Shown here: positions 63,444 to 64,000 of the stretch, piece after piece | Position numbering within the stretch: position 1 is the first letter of the stretch | Layout of the letters: every line of letters starts with the position of its first letter | Assembly: GCA_031365725.1 (NCBI GenBank) | Contig: JANLYQ010000072.1 | Span: forward strand, 16,489 to 80,488 | Direction of reading: 5' to 3' | Source of the DNA: Sporichthyaceae bacterium | Lineage (GTDB): Bacteria > Actinomycetota > Actinomycetes > JACCUZ01 | Length of the DNA stretch: 64,000 nt | The notes under the pieces: generated by a model | Seen by the model: only the letters and a program-made list of their open reading frames with translations | Told to the model about the DNA's origin: nothing | Database searches by the model: none | Made by a program: the position numbers and the translations under genes

Positions 63444-64000
63444 TCACTCCCGTGCCGTACGCCGGGTCCGCGGTCCGGCGCGCAGCACCTGCGACGGCAG
63501 CGTGCGGCCGACGAGAACCTCGGCCTGGGCTGCCACGTCGATCATGGCCGCCAGATCAACCCCGGTAGCCACCCCCATGTCCTCCACCATGTGGACGAGC
63601 TCCTCGGTGGCGATGTTGCCGGTCGCACCGGGGGCGTAGGGGCAGCCACCGAGCCCCCCGACAGAGGCGTCGAAGTCGCTGACACCCAGCTCGAGAGCGG
63701 CCAGCACGTTGGCGAGGCCGGTGCCGCGGGTGTTGTGGAAGTGCAGGTTGAGCCCGGCGTCGGGCTGGGCCGAGCGGGTCTCGCCGATCAGTCGCGTGAC
63801 GCGGGTCGGGGTCGCCATGCCGGTGGTGTCGCCGTAGGACAGCGAGTCGGCGCCGTCGGCCAGGGCGCGGCCGGCAACGGCGAGGACCCGCGCGACCGGC
63901 ACGTCGCCCTCGTAGGGGCAGCCCCACGCGGTGGAGACGATGACCTGCACGGTGGCCGATCGCGCGTGTGCGAGGTCGATGATCGCCGCGATGTCGTCGA
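63444..64000 (-). CDS. hydroxymethylglutaryl-CoA lyase (C-terminal part; N-terminus beyond window end)
   Basis: LHFHNTRGTGLANVLAALELGV, GLGGCPYAPGATGNIATEELV (HMGL-like TIM barrel); ORF open to window end. Confidence 0.8.
   Translation of the reverse strand, partial: DDIAAIIDLAHARSATVQVIVSTAWGCPYEGDVPVARVLAVAGRALADGADSLSYGDTTGMATPTRVTRLIGETRSAQPDAGLNLHFHNTRGTGLANVLAALELGVSDFDASVGGLGGCPYAPGATGNIATEELVHMVEDMGVATGVDLAAMIDVAAQAEVLVGRTLPSQVLRAGPRTRRTARE

Noticed and set aside
1-64000. CRISPR arrays, rRNA genes, IS transposases
   Set aside because: No spaced direct-repeat array was seen by eye, no ORF carries transposase/integrase motifs (DDE, tyrosine recombinase RHRY), and no rRNA-like stretches were found. 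The only repeats are short in-frame tandem repeats and the 51-bp hairpin pair.

Overview
High-GC (about 70%+) actinobacterial chromosomal segment, densely coding on both strands, with no rRNA, tRNA or CRISPR visible. Many adjacent genes overlap by 4 nt (GTGA/ATGA), indicating translationally coupled operons.

The window is dominated by cell-envelope biogenesis:
- (i) A SpoIID/LytB-type hydrolase and a large PGRP-type amidase.
- (ii) A small polyprenol-phosphate GT2 / flippase-like / methyltransferase / GT4 module.
- (iii) Three LCP (LytR-CpsA-Psr) ligase paralogues plus a TIGR03089 protein.
- (iv) An ~11 kb minus-strand operon (15203-26294) that looks like a teichoic-acid-like glycopolymer pathway of unusual composition. 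It encodes an IPCT-like cytidylyltransferase, a putative sn-glycerol-1-phosphate dehydrogenase (archaeal-type EgsA/AraM family), a TagGH-like ABC exporter, an IPCT/DIPPS-like fusion with a degenerate nucleotidyltransferase domain, a second CDP-alcohol phosphotransferase, a GT2, a GT2-TagF-like glycerophosphotransferase fusion and a GT4.

The second half carries several unrelated modules:
- A thiol-stress module: a HemK-like methyltransferase fused in frame to an ECF sigma factor, its RsrA-like ZAS anti-sigma, a redoxin, a flavoprotein disulfide reductase and a USP.
- Transport and membrane proteins: a CPA antiporter, two CPBP intramembrane proteases and a large SCO7613-like membrane protein.
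- Secreted enzymes: a His-rich Tat-secreted PHP phosphoesterase and GH26-like hydrolases.
- Metabolic genes: UDP-glucose dehydrogenase, purEK, leucine/acyl-CoA catabolism genes (two ACADs, carboxyltransferase beta, HMG-CoA lyase).
- Regulatory genes: an OmpR/HK pair and a GAF-GGDEF cyclase.

A DUF559/AbiEi-like gene flanked by two copies of a 51-bp hairpin repeat sits between purK and an ACAD gene.
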